A DNA stretch of 64,000 nucleotides from NCBI GenBank assembly GCA_038532355.1, contig JBCBAT010000016.1:9159-73158 (forward strand), given 5' to 3'. Source of the stretch: Pseudomonadota bacterium (GTDB taxonomy: Bacteria; Pseudomonadota; Alphaproteobacteria; Rhodobacterales; Rhodobacteraceae). The notes below the pieces were generated by a model that was given only the letters and a program-made list of their open reading frames with translations, ran no database searches and was not told the DNA's origin. Shown piece by piece: positions 1 through 7,923 of the stretch. Every line of letters starts with the position of its first letter. The stretch's first letter is position 1. A program made the translations under genes and the position numbers.

Positions 1-383
1 CAGCCCGCCACGAACCGCGCGGGCAGCCCGCCATGATCGAACCGCATTGGGCACCAGGCTGGGCGATCCGTGCCAAGATGGGCAAACACGGCATCCGTCC
101 AGCCGGGCGGCAGCACCGTGTCGGCATGGAGGAAAAAGAGCCACTCTCCGGTTGCGGCCTCCGCCCCAAGCCGGAGCTGCCCGCCGCGCGATGCGGGCCC
201 CGTCACCAGACGCGCGCCCGCGGCTTCGGCAATCTGCAGTGTGCCATCGCTCGACCCACCATCGGAGATCACCAGATCGCGGATCAGACCCGCCGTCAGC
301 CCCTCCCCCAAGGCGGGCAAGGACCGTTCCAACCCGGTTTGCGCGTTCAAGGTCGGGATCACGATGGAAAGTTTCGCGGCCAT
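1..383 (-). CDS. Family 2 glycosyltransferase (TIGR04283-like), 5' part; runs off the left edge
   Basis: Manual minus-strand translation from ATG at 383 (GAGGA upstream): MAAKLSIVIPTLNA...LVISDGGSSDGT...SRGGQLRLGA...WLFFLHADT, which carries GT-A/GT2 motifs. Not in the ORF track because it is truncated. Confidence 0.85.
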   Translation of the reverse strand, partial: MAAKLSIVIPTLNAQTGLERSLPALGEGLTAGLIRDLVISDGGSSDGTLQIAEAAGARLVTGPASRGGQLRLGAEAATGEWLFFLHADTVLPPGWTDAVFAHLGTDRPAWCPMRFDHGGLPARFVAG

Positions 384-452
384 GGAGGTCCTCATTGCAC
401 TCCCCTGCCCCTATATTACAGTCCGCAGGATATTCCATGGGGCGACAGTAAG

Positions 453-1190
453 ATGCGCAAACTCTACGACATCGCGGGCAAGGATGCGGAGCCATTCCTG
501 CAAAACCTCGTGACCAATGATCTGGATGCCATGGGGGATGGGCTGCTTTACACCGCGCTGTTGACGCCGCAGGGCAAATATCTGGCGGATTTCTTTCTGC
601 ATCGCAGGGGGGATGCGATCGTGCTGGATGTGGATGCAGTGCTCGCCGAGGGTCTGGCGCGTCGTCTGACCATGTACCGGCTGCGCGCGGATGTGACGAT
701 TGAGGAAAGCGAGCTCAAAGTGTTTTGCGGCACGGGGGATGCGCCAGAGGGTGCCATGGCCGATCCGCGCCACGAAGCGATGGGATGGCGGCTTTACGGG
801 GAAAGATCGGGCGATGATGGCACGGATTTTGACGCCATTCGCGTGGTCCATTGCATCCCGCGAACGGGCGTGGAGCTGACGGAGGACACGTTCATCCTTG
901 AGGCCGGGTTTGAGCGCCTGAACGGCGTGGATTTTCGCAAGGGCTGCTATGTGGGCCAAGAGGTGACCGCGCGGATGAAGCACAAGACGGAGCTGCGCAA
1001 GGGGCTTGTGCGTGTCGGTGTAGAGGGTGCGGCGCCTGCCGGCACTGAGATTGACGCGGGCGGCAAACCTGCGGGCGTTCTTTACACGCAATCGCGTGGG
1101 CACGGGATTGCGTATCTGCGGTTTCAGCGGGCCAGCGCGGAGATGACGGCGGGTGATGCGAAGGTGGTTTGGACAGACCCGTCTGTTTGA
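453..1190 (+). CDS. ygfZ: Folate-binding Fe-S cluster/tRNA-modification protein YgfZ (GcvT family)
   Basis: KGCYVGQE signature and ALLTPQGK motif. Likely start is ATG 453; the upstream 140 codons of the track ORF look non-coding or shadow. Confidence 0.92.
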   Translation: MRKLYDIAGKDAEPFLQNLVTNDLDAMGDGLLYTALLTPQGKYLADFFLHRRGDAIVLDVDAVLAEGLARRLTMYRLRADVTIEESELKVFCGTGDAPEGAMADPRHEAMGWRLYGERSGDDGTDFDAIRVVHCIPRTGVELTEDTFILEAGFERLNGVDFRKGCYVGQEVTARMKHKTELRKGLVRVGVEGAAPAGTEIDAGGKPAGVLYTQSRGHGIAYLRFQRASAEMTAGDAKVVWTDPSV

Positions 1191-1195
1191 TTTTT

Positions 1196-1372
1196 GAGGC
1201 CGCACCGGGGCGCGGAATCAAGGCCGCAGGCCGCCGCGCCTTCGTCAGGCCCCACCCAGGGCCTGGCGAATTGGCAACTGCAGGATGTCGCTCCAGCAAC
1301 ATCCGGGAACCAAACCATAAAGCGCCGCCGCCCCAGTAACCGGATCGCCAGACCGGGGCCTGACAAAGCCGC
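1196..1372 (+). repeat. Dispersed palindromic element family A, copy 1
   Basis: Blocks GGCGCGGAATCAAGG, GCGCCTTCGTCAGGCCCC (1236-1253), GGCCTGGCGAA, ATAAAGCGC, GGATCGCCAGACC and GGGGCCTGACAAAGCCGC (1355-1372) are shared with 9224-9387 and, inverted, with 17106-17331. Confidence 0.88.
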
Positions 1373-1395
1373 TGAAGTGGTGCCTTACGCCCGCA

Positions 1396-1959
1396 TCAGG
1401 CCCGTTCCGCGTATTCCATTGTCTCTGTATTGACCACGATGTCCTCATCCGGGCCCACAAATGGCGGCACCATCACTTTCACGCCATTGTCGAGCACGGC
1501 AGGTTTGAAGCTGTTGGCCGCCGTCTGGCCTTTCACCACCGGCTCCGTCTCCTCAACTTTGCACACAACTTTTTGCGGCAAAGTCGCGTTCAGCGCCTCG
1601 TTTTCATAAAATTCGACGGTTATTGTCATGCCGTCCTGCAGAAACGGGCGGCGGTCGCCCAGCAGGTCTGCGGCCAGTTCGATCTGCTCATACGTCTCGG
1701 AATCCATGAAGACGAGCATGCCATCTGTCTCATAAAGGAACTGCTGATCCTTCTGTTCCAGCCGCACACGCTCCACCTTGTCGGCGCTGCGAAAGCGTTC
1801 ATTCAGCTTCGATCCGTTGCGCAGGTTGCGCAGCTCCACCTGGGCAAAAGCGCCGCCTTTTCCGGGCTTTACGTGATCGACTTTGACAGCGCTCCAAAGA
1901 CCGTCATTGTGTTCCAGCACATTGCCGGGTCTGATCTCATTTCCGTTGATTTTAGGCAT
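1396..1959 (-). CDS. efp: Elongation factor P
   Basis: [12 protein letters not shown]...VKPGKGGAF...[17 protein letters not shown]...Y.ERA; 187 aa from ATG 1959. Confidence 0.97.
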   Translation of the reverse strand: MPKINGNEIRPGNVLEHNDGLWSAVKVDHVKPGKGGAFAQVELRNLRNGSKLNERFRSADKVERVRLEQKDQQFLYETDGMLVFMDSETYEQIELAADLLGDRRPFLQDGMTITVEFYENEALNATLPQKVVCKVEETEPVVKGQTAANSFKPAVLDNGVKVMVPPFVGPDEDIVVNTETMEYAERA

Positions 1960-2061
1960 GTGGCAATTCCGTGGCAAAAGGTTGTTAAATCGTTGACGCT
2001 CCCTATATCTGGTAGCAATGCGGGGAACAAGCCAACCAGATTTCGTGCTGCACATGCAAAA

Positions 2062-2084
2062 AGCCATGCGTGATATGCATGGCT
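2062..2084. promoter_or_regulatory. Inverted repeat AGCCATGC-N7-GCATGGCT, LysR-type (T-N11-A) operator candidate
   Basis: Perfect 8-bp arms in the divergent efp / hypothetical intergenic region; the core ATGC-N7-GCAT fits the LTTR T-N11-A rule. Confidence 0.45.
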
Positions 2085-2178
2085 GCTATGCACTTTCGGG
2101 GTAGCCGAATCGCGAAAAACCCGCCATAACCCTCGCTACGCCAAAAAAGACAAGAGCAATAAAAACTAAGGACGAAAC

Positions 2179-2508
2179 ATGAAAGATTTCGTTGACGGCA
2201 CAGCCTTCAATGCAGAGCAAGGCAACCGTGCACGTAAACTCTTCGCAGCCGTGGTACTGGCTGCACTGGACGATGCCATCTCTGATGACAAGAAATATGG
2301 AAACGGTCCGGAACAGATTGCCCGCTGGGCGCGCTCTCGCGATGGTCGCGAGGTGCTCAGCTGTGCGGGCATCGACCCCAATGAGCGGGTCGTGACCGGA
2401 TTGATGGAGTTTGTGGGCAAAGGTGTCCGCACATCTGTTGCGCTCTCCCGTGAAGAGAGCGAGCGCCGCAATGCTGCCGCCCAGGCCGCACAAGCCGAAG
2501 CGGCCTAA
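2179..2508 (+). CDS. Conserved Rhodobacterales hypothetical protein (DUF6280-like)
   Basis: 109 aa, AAGGA RBS, typical codon usage. The sequence MKDFVDGTAFNAEQGNRARKLFAAVVLAALDDAI is recalled as a conserved roseobacter small protein. Confidence 0.75.
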   Translation: MKDFVDGTAFNAEQGNRARKLFAAVVLAALDDAISDDKKYGNGPEQIARWARSRDGREVLSCAGIDPNERVVTGLMEFVGKGVRTSVALSREESERRNAAAQAAQAEAA

Positions 2509-2536
2509 ACCAATCTGACAGCTGAATACCGGGTTC

Positions 2537-2588
2537 GCGCGCCTTAGGCGCGCGCCCGCAGCGTTGGCGCGCATTATTTAATAATGCG
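2537..2588. terminator. Two palindromes between convergent genes (GCGCGCC-TTA-GGCGCGC; CGCATTATT-T-AATAATGCG)
   Basis: Read directly at 2537-2553 and 2570-2588. There is no clear U-tract, so a terminator role is inferred from position only. Confidence 0.45.
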
Positions 2589-2602
2589 TCACCCGCGCGG
2601 GG

Positions 2603-3181
2603 TCACCCGGAGGAAAAGACAAACACCCAGATGAAGACAGGTGCCAGCTGCACAAGCGCCAAGGCGCAGATCACCGCGCGCGACCTCACACTGGTGTAAC
2701 GGCGCAGCAAAATCCATGTGAAAAGCGCACAAAGCGCCATTTCAATGGGCCCGATGATGCTGGCATGGGCGCTGCGATCCCAATAGCTGATGGGGCTTTC
2801 GAACACCCAGGTCGACACCGGCCAGAAATGCGCGCGCCCGTCATCGTGATGCAGCGGAAAATCCAGCGCGATATGCATCAGCGCGGAGGCCGCGAAGACC
2901 ATCCCGTTGCGCGCGTTCAGCCACCATGCCAGCGCCAGCACCCCGCCCCAGACGAAAAACGAATTGTCGATGGCAAAGACCTGTTGCCAGGCGGGGGAAA
3001 AATAGAGCTCATCAAACACCACCTGCGCAGGGATTTGCAGGATGTAGAGCGACACGCACGCCATCACGTAAAGCGACAGATCAGGGGCCAGTGCGCCCGC
3101 CACTGCGGCCAGTGTGCGGCGGCGATCATGGGGGCGCGCGAATGCGGTTGCCGCGAAAATCACGTGGGCTGGCGTATTCAA
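2603..3181 (-). CDS. Membrane-bound putative metal-dependent hydrolase (YdjM-like)
   Basis: Probable TTG start at 3181 (MNTPAH...); several hydrophobic segments; H, PDL, HxxxDxxxHxDD pattern typical of YdjM-type proteins. Confidence 0.7.
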   Translation of the reverse strand: MNTPAHVIFAATAFARPHDRRRTLAAVAGALAPDLSLYVMACVSLYILQIPAQVVFDELYFSPAWQQVFAIDNSFFVWGGVLALAWWLNARNGMVFAASALMHIALDFPLHHDDGRAHFWPVSTWVFESPISYWDRSAHASIIGPIEMALCALFTWILLRRYTSVRSRAVICALALVQLAPVFIWVFVFSSG

Positions 3182-3245
3182 GCGTTCCCCGATGTCTTGG
3201 CTTGGTCTATTGGAAAATCGTAGCACGGGTAGGCAGGGCGGCGAT

Positions 3246-4715
3246 ATGGCGAAAACCATCATGATCCAGGGGGCGGGCTCCAACGTGGGCAAGTCGATGG
3301 TCGTGGCGGGCATCGCGCGGGCGCTGACGCGGCGAGGCCTGAACGTGGCACCGTTCAAGCCGCAGAACATGTCCAACAATGCCGCCGTGACGGAAGATGG
3401 GGGCGAGATTGGCCGCGCACAGGCGCTGCAGGCACGCGCGGCGGGGCTTGCGCCGCACACGGATATGAACCCGGTGCTGCTGAAACCCGAAACGGATACC
3501 GGCGCGCAGGTGATCGTGCAGGGCAAGCGCCATGCCACGCTGCGGGCACCCGATTATGCGAAGGAAAAGCCCACGCTTTTGAAGGCGGTGTTGGACAGTT
3601 TCGCTCGGCTTTGCGACCGCGCCGATCTGGTCATTGTCGAAGGCGCGGGCAGCCCGGCAGAGATCAATCTGCGCAAAGGCGACATTGCCAATATGGGCTT
3701 TGCGGAGGCCGCAGGCGTGCCGGTGATCCTCGTGGGGGACATTGATCGCGGCGGGGTGATCGCGCAGGTGGTCGGCACGCAAGCGATCCTGCCCGACAGT
3801 GATCGCGCGCTGATCAAAGGCTTTGCGATCAACAAGTTCCGCGGCGATGTCAGCCTTTTTGACGACGGGCTGCGCGAGATTGTGGAGCGGACGGGCTGGG
3901 CATCACTGGGGGTGTTGCCGTGGTTTGCAGATGCCTGGCGCTTGCCCGCAGAAGACATCATGGATCTGCGCAGCAACCGGGGCGGCACGTTGAAGGTGGC
4001 GGTGCCGAAACTGGGGCGGATTGCCAATTTTGACGATCTTGATCCGCTCTCCAGCGAGCCGGATGTGAGCGTGGAGATCATTGAACCCGGCCGCCCCCTG
4101 CCCGGCGATGCCGATCTGGTGCTGATCCCCGGATCGAAGGCCACGATCCCCGATCTCAAGCATTTCCGCGACCAGGGATGGGATGTTGATCTGCACGCCC
4201 ATATCCGCCGGGGCGGGCATGTGATCGGGCTTTGTGGCGGGTATCAGATGCTGGGACGGGAGATTGAGGATCCGGACGGGATCGAAGGTGTTCCCGGTGC
4301 CGTGAAAGGGCTTGGGCATCTCAATATCAAGACGGTGATGAAGCCGCAAAAACGGCTGGCCCTGACCCGCGCGCGCGACCTGGAAAGCGGGGCGGAGGTG
4401 GAAGGTTATGAAATCCATCTGGGCGTCACGGACGGGCCTGATTGCGCCAATCCCTGGCTTGAGATGGACAGAGGCAAAGCCGGCGCGATGAGCCATGGGG
4501 GCCGCGTGCGCGGGTGCTACCTGCACGGGATATTCAGCGCGGATGCGTTTCGGCGGGCCTATTTGACCGGGCTTGGCGCGCGGTCAGACTTGTCGTTCGA
4601 GGACAGCGTTGAAGCCACGCTTGATGCGCTGGCCGCCCATATTGAAGCCCATCTCGATCTGGATACCTTGCTGGACTTGGCTAAGCCGCCGACCTTTGGT
4701 CAGAACAGCCCTTAA
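3246..4715 (+). CDS. cobQ: Cobyric acid synthase
   Basis: [13 protein letters not shown]-loop, [23 protein letters not shown], glutaminase [10 protein letters not shown] and GCYLHG. Confidence 0.97.
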   Translation: MAKTIMIQGAGSNVGKSMVVAGIARALTRRGLNVAPFKPQNMSNNAAVTEDGGEIGRAQALQARAAGLAPHTDMNPVLLKPETDTGAQVIVQGKRHATLRAPDYAKEKPTLLKAVLDSFARLCDRADLVIVEGAGSPAEINLRKGDIANMGFAEAAGVPVILVGDIDRGGVIAQVVGTQAILPDSDRALIKGFAINKFRGDVSLFDDGLREIVERTGWASLGVLPWFADAWRLPAEDIMDLRSNRGGTLKVAVPKLGRIANFDDLDPLSSEPDVSVEIIEPGRPLPGDADLVLIPGSKATIPDLKHFRDQGWDVDLHAHIRRGGHVIGLCGGYQMLGREIEDPDGIEGVPGAVKGLGHLNIKTVMKPQKRLALTRARDLESGAEVEGYEIHLGVTDGPDCANPWLEMDRGKAGAMSHGGRVRGCYLHGIFSADAFRRAYLTGLGARSDLSFEDSVEATLDALAAHIEAHLDLDTLLDLAKPPTFGQNSP

Positions 4716-5890
4716 TCCAACCCTTGAGACATCAGCGCGCGATTGATTTCACGCCGCACCAGCTTGCGCACATTGCGCGTGATGCGTTCGCCCAGCGCGC
4801 CTTGCAGTTCCTGGCGCACGATTTCCCCGACCATGTCGCGCAGGGCGTCTTCATCCAGCACGGCGTCTTCGCCAAACCACGGTGGCGACTGTGCTTCTTC
4901 GGCCTGAGCCTCTTCGGCCCGTGCTTGTTCGGCCTCCGCGTAAGGGTCTTCGCCCGCCTCTTGCGCCGTCATCTCCGCGGTTTCGGCTTCAATTTCCGTC
5001 CATGGCAGAGGGCGCATCCCATCACCAGACAGGGTCTCAGCCTCACCACCATCGGGTTCCCAATCCTCGGCCTGTTCGGCCACCGCAGCTTCCAGGGTTT
5101 CCAGCTTGGCCGTAAAGGACGTCTCCACCTCGGACGGTGCATCACCCTCGGCCTCTGGCGGAGTATCGGAAATCACGTCTGCGTCTTCAGGCGGGTTCAT
5201 CTGGGTCAAAGGACGGCGCAGGAATTCCGGCACGTCTTGATCATCCATCATGTCCAGATCGACGTCTTCGGGCGTCGCATCCTCGACGCTCAAACTGTCG
5301 GTCTGCGTATCCAACTGCGCGTCAATCTCGGCATCCTCGGCCATGCCGGTGTCAGCATCGGCGGCGGTTTCCAGGCTGTCTTCTTCTGACGCGTCATCTT
5401 GCGTGTCGCCCAAGTGGTCTGACAGCTGCGCGTCCAGCTCTTCTGCTGCGCCTTCCTCTGCGTGGGTTGCGACCTGATCGGCCACCATTTGCAGCAGGGC
5501 ATCTTCCGCCGCGTGCGGCGCGTCATCCCCGTCGCCATCTGCGATTTCCTCTGTGGCCTCGTCCTCCGCCACATCAGAAGTGTCTTCGGTGGCGGCCTCC
5601 GCCTCAATCTCATCTGACGGCTCAGGTTCAGCAATCTCTTCGGCGCTCACTGCTTCAGGGGCATCAACCTCCTGCGGACCCGCGTCATTGACACGCTGTG
5701 CCGGGGTCAGGACCAGTTTGGGCTGTGCGGGGCGATCCTGCGCGGTGTCATGGCCATCATTGGCGGGCTGTTCGTGGTTCGATGCGTCTTTGCCCGCGGG
5801 CGCATCCCCCTCCTGCGGTTCAGAAGACACCAAACGACGGATGGAGGACAAAACATCCTCAATCTCCACATTCGTGACGGGATCGCTCAT
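4712..5890 (-). CDS. PopZ-like polar organizing protein with a long acidic disordered linker
   Basis: N-terminal helix [14 protein letters not shown] (compare PopZ MEEILASIRRII), about 300 aa D/E/A/P-rich middle, C-terminal helices [13 protein letters not shown]...[12 protein letters not shown]; lies directly downstream of tolC, as popZ does in Caulobacter. Confidence 0.65.
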   Translation of the reverse strand: MSDPVTNVEIEDVLSSIRRLVSSEPQEGDAPAGKDASNHEQPANDGHDTAQDRPAQPKLVLTPAQRVNDAGPQEVDAPEAVSAEEIAEPEPSDEIEAEAATEDTSDVAEDEATEEIADGDGDDAPHAAEDALLQMVADQVATHAEEGAAEELDAQLSDHLGDTQDDASEEDSLETAADADTGMAEDAEIDAQLDTQTDSLSVEDATPEDVDLDMMDDQDVPEFLRRPLTQMNPPEDADVISDTPPEAEGDAPSEVETSFTAKLETLEAAVAEQAEDWEPDGGEAETLSGDGMRPLPWTEIEAETAEMTAQEAGEDPYAEAEQARAEEAQAEEAQSPPWFGEDAVLDEDALRDMVGEIVRQELQGALGERITRNVRKLVRREINRALMSQGLD

Positions 5891-5998
5891 ACTATGTCCA
5901 CCGCTCTTGCCCCGCATTACTGTACCGTCCGAAGGGCAATCGCACAACGGGTTAGAGAAACTTCTAAACGGATTTCAAAAACCGTCAGGTCGCGCGGA

Positions 5999-7444
5999 TC
6001 AATCCCGGCCCAACGCCTTGAGCACGCGATCCAGCTTCTGTCCTTGTGGGCTGATCGGCACCGGTGCGTCTTTGACCAGATTGTAATAGCCTTCGGGATC
6101 GTAAATCTGCACCCGCAGGCGCAGATCCTGGGCCGTCAGCTCCCCAATGGTTTCCAGCACCGTGTAGGCCGCAATATAAAGGTCCGCCTCGGCCGAAATC
6201 GCGGTCGCCTGAGCATCCAGAAGATCCTGTTCCGCGTCCAACACATCGAGCGTGGTGCGCGCACCCAGCTGCGCCTCTTCCCGCAAACCGCGGAAGGCCA
6301 CGCGCGCGGCACGCACCTGTTCCAGACCGGCCTGACGGCTGGCTTGGGCCGCCAGAAGAATGGCATAGGCATTGCCCACATCCTGCACCACCCGGTGGCG
6401 TACCTCGTGCTGGGCCCCGCGCAGGGCATCGCGTTGGGCCATCGCCTGACGCACCGCAGAGCTGAGCAACCCGCCTTGGTAGATGGGCCCGGTCACCGAC
6501 AGTCCGAAACTGCCATTGCGGTTGTTGTCACTGGTGCCGAATTCATCCGCCGTGCCAAGGCGGGAGGTGAAATTGAGCGTGGGTTTCATCGCCGCTTCTG
6601 CCGCGGCCACGGTCAGTTCTGCCGAGGAGACATCAAAGCGCGCCTTGATGATATCGGGATGTTTGCGCACAGCGATGGATTTGGCCCCGTCAATATCACC
6701 TGACAGCCGGGGCAGTTGCCCGGGCGGTTGCAAATTGCCAGGCTTGCGGCCGACGGCGGCGCGAAATTCTTCCACCGCCTGGGTCAGATCGCCTTGCGCC
6801 ACGGCCAGACCTGCGCGCGCCGAGGCCAGCGCGGCTTCGGCCAAGGCCACATCGGTGCGCGTCACTTCGCCCACCTCAAACCGGTCCTTGGCGGCGCGCA
6901 GTTCTTCGCGCAGAAGGCGCAGATTGTTTTGCCGCACAGACACCAGTTCACCATTGCGGCGCACGTTCATATAAGCCGTGACCGCGCGCAACAGCACCAG
7001 CTGTTCGACAGAGCGCAGGGTTTCGCGAGTCGCCAGAACGGTTTCCTTGGCCGCCTGGATTTGCAACTGGGTGCGGCCGAAATCATAAAGCAGCAGGTCC
7101 AGCGAAATGCCCACGTTGAAATTGGTGTCGGCATTGGGAATGATGCGCTGGCTCACACGGGCGCGCCCGAAGCTGCGGGTGAGGTCCGCGCTCCAATTGA
7201 TGATGGGGCGCAGGCGCGACACGGCTTGCGCCACGTTTTCATCCGCCGCCCGCAGCAAAGCGCGATTCTGATCCAAGAGGCCGGAATGTTCATAGGCGTC
7301 TGTCAGCGTCTGGGCCAGGCTTTCGGCCATGGCAGGGCGCGGCAGGGCCATGATCGTGACCCCCATCGCCACGGCACCCGTCAGGGCCACGCGGCGCCAC
7401 CAGCTTTGCCCGCCGGGAAGGGTGTTTGCGCTGTGCTTGACCAT
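5999..7444 (-). CDS. tolC: TolC-family outer membrane efflux/type I secretion channel
   Basis: Signal peptide ending AMA, two OEP repeats (RFEVGEVTRTDV, GARTTLDVLDAEQ); GGAG RBS before ATG 7444. Confidence 0.93.
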   Translation of the reverse strand: MVKHSANTLPGGQSWWRRVALTGAVAMGVTIMALPRPAMAESLAQTLTDAYEHSGLLDQNRALLRAADENVAQAVSRLRPIINWSADLTRSFGRARVSQRIIPNADTNFNVGISLDLLLYDFGRTQLQIQAAKETVLATRETLRSVEQLVLLRAVTAYMNVRRNGELVSVRQNNLRLLREELRAAKDRFEVGEVTRTDVALAEAALASARAGLAVAQGDLTQAVEEFRAAVGRKPGNLQPPGQLPRLSGDIDGAKSIAVRKHPDIIKARFDVSSAELTVAAAEAAMKPTLNFTSRLGTADEFGTSDNNRNGSFGLSVTGPIYQGGLLSSAVRQAMAQRDALRGAQHEVRHRVVQDVGNAYAILLAAQASRQAGLEQVRAARVAFRGLREEAQLGARTTLDVLDAEQDLLDAQATAISAEADLYIAAYTVLETIGELTAQDLRLRVQIYDPEGYYNLVKDAPVPISPQGQKLDRVLKALGRD

Positions 7445-7720
7445 CTTGTTCTCCGGTTCAGGGTGGCCTGGCGCGTGCAATTTCTAATCTGCACAGCGCG
7501 GAAGGCAGCCCGCTAAATCTGTCATGCCGCGATTGGATCCAAGCAGCCTCAGACACAACCGGAACGGTTGCATCATTTCTGGCACGAAACCACCCCCGAT
7601 CAAAAGAGCAAAGACGTTAATTTTTGCACAATCACCTGTGGGATATCTGCGAAGACCTGCCAGACCGGCAAGCCCTTGCGCAGGAAAGCCCGATCCGGTA
7701 AGCGATGCGAGTTCCACGGC

Positions 7721-7794
7721 GGCGAGTTGGCGGAGTGGTGACGCAGCGGATTGCAAATCCGTGTACACCGGTTCGATTCCGGTACTCGCCTCCA
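7721..7794 (+). tRNA. tRNA-Cys (GCA)
   Basis: GGCGAGT/ACTCGCC acceptor stem, anticodon arm GCGGA-TTGCAAA-TCCGT, T-loop GGTTCGATTCC, encoded CCA end; 74 nt. Confidence 0.97.
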
Positions 7795-7923
7795 CTATTC
7801 CCATCCAAAGCACCAGAATCATGTCTGACGTGTCCCGTCCGCGAGGATGACAAAAAGGATGCGTGGCGAAGGGCATCTGATATGCCAGGGGTGTCTCAGC
7901 TTCCAAACACCAAGGATATCCGC

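Noticed and set aside
33-452. 140-codon N-terminal extension of the ygfZ ORF
   Set aside because: It overlaps the minus-strand glycosyltransferase and has no YgfZ-like content; homology starts at ATG 453.
7582-7600. TGGCAC as a sigma-54 promoter
   Set aside because: The -12 TTGC element is absent at the required spacing.
7721-7923. tRNA-Cys as an integration site for a prophage or island
   Set aside because: No integrase and no duplicated tRNA 3' end (att) was seen downstream in the window.
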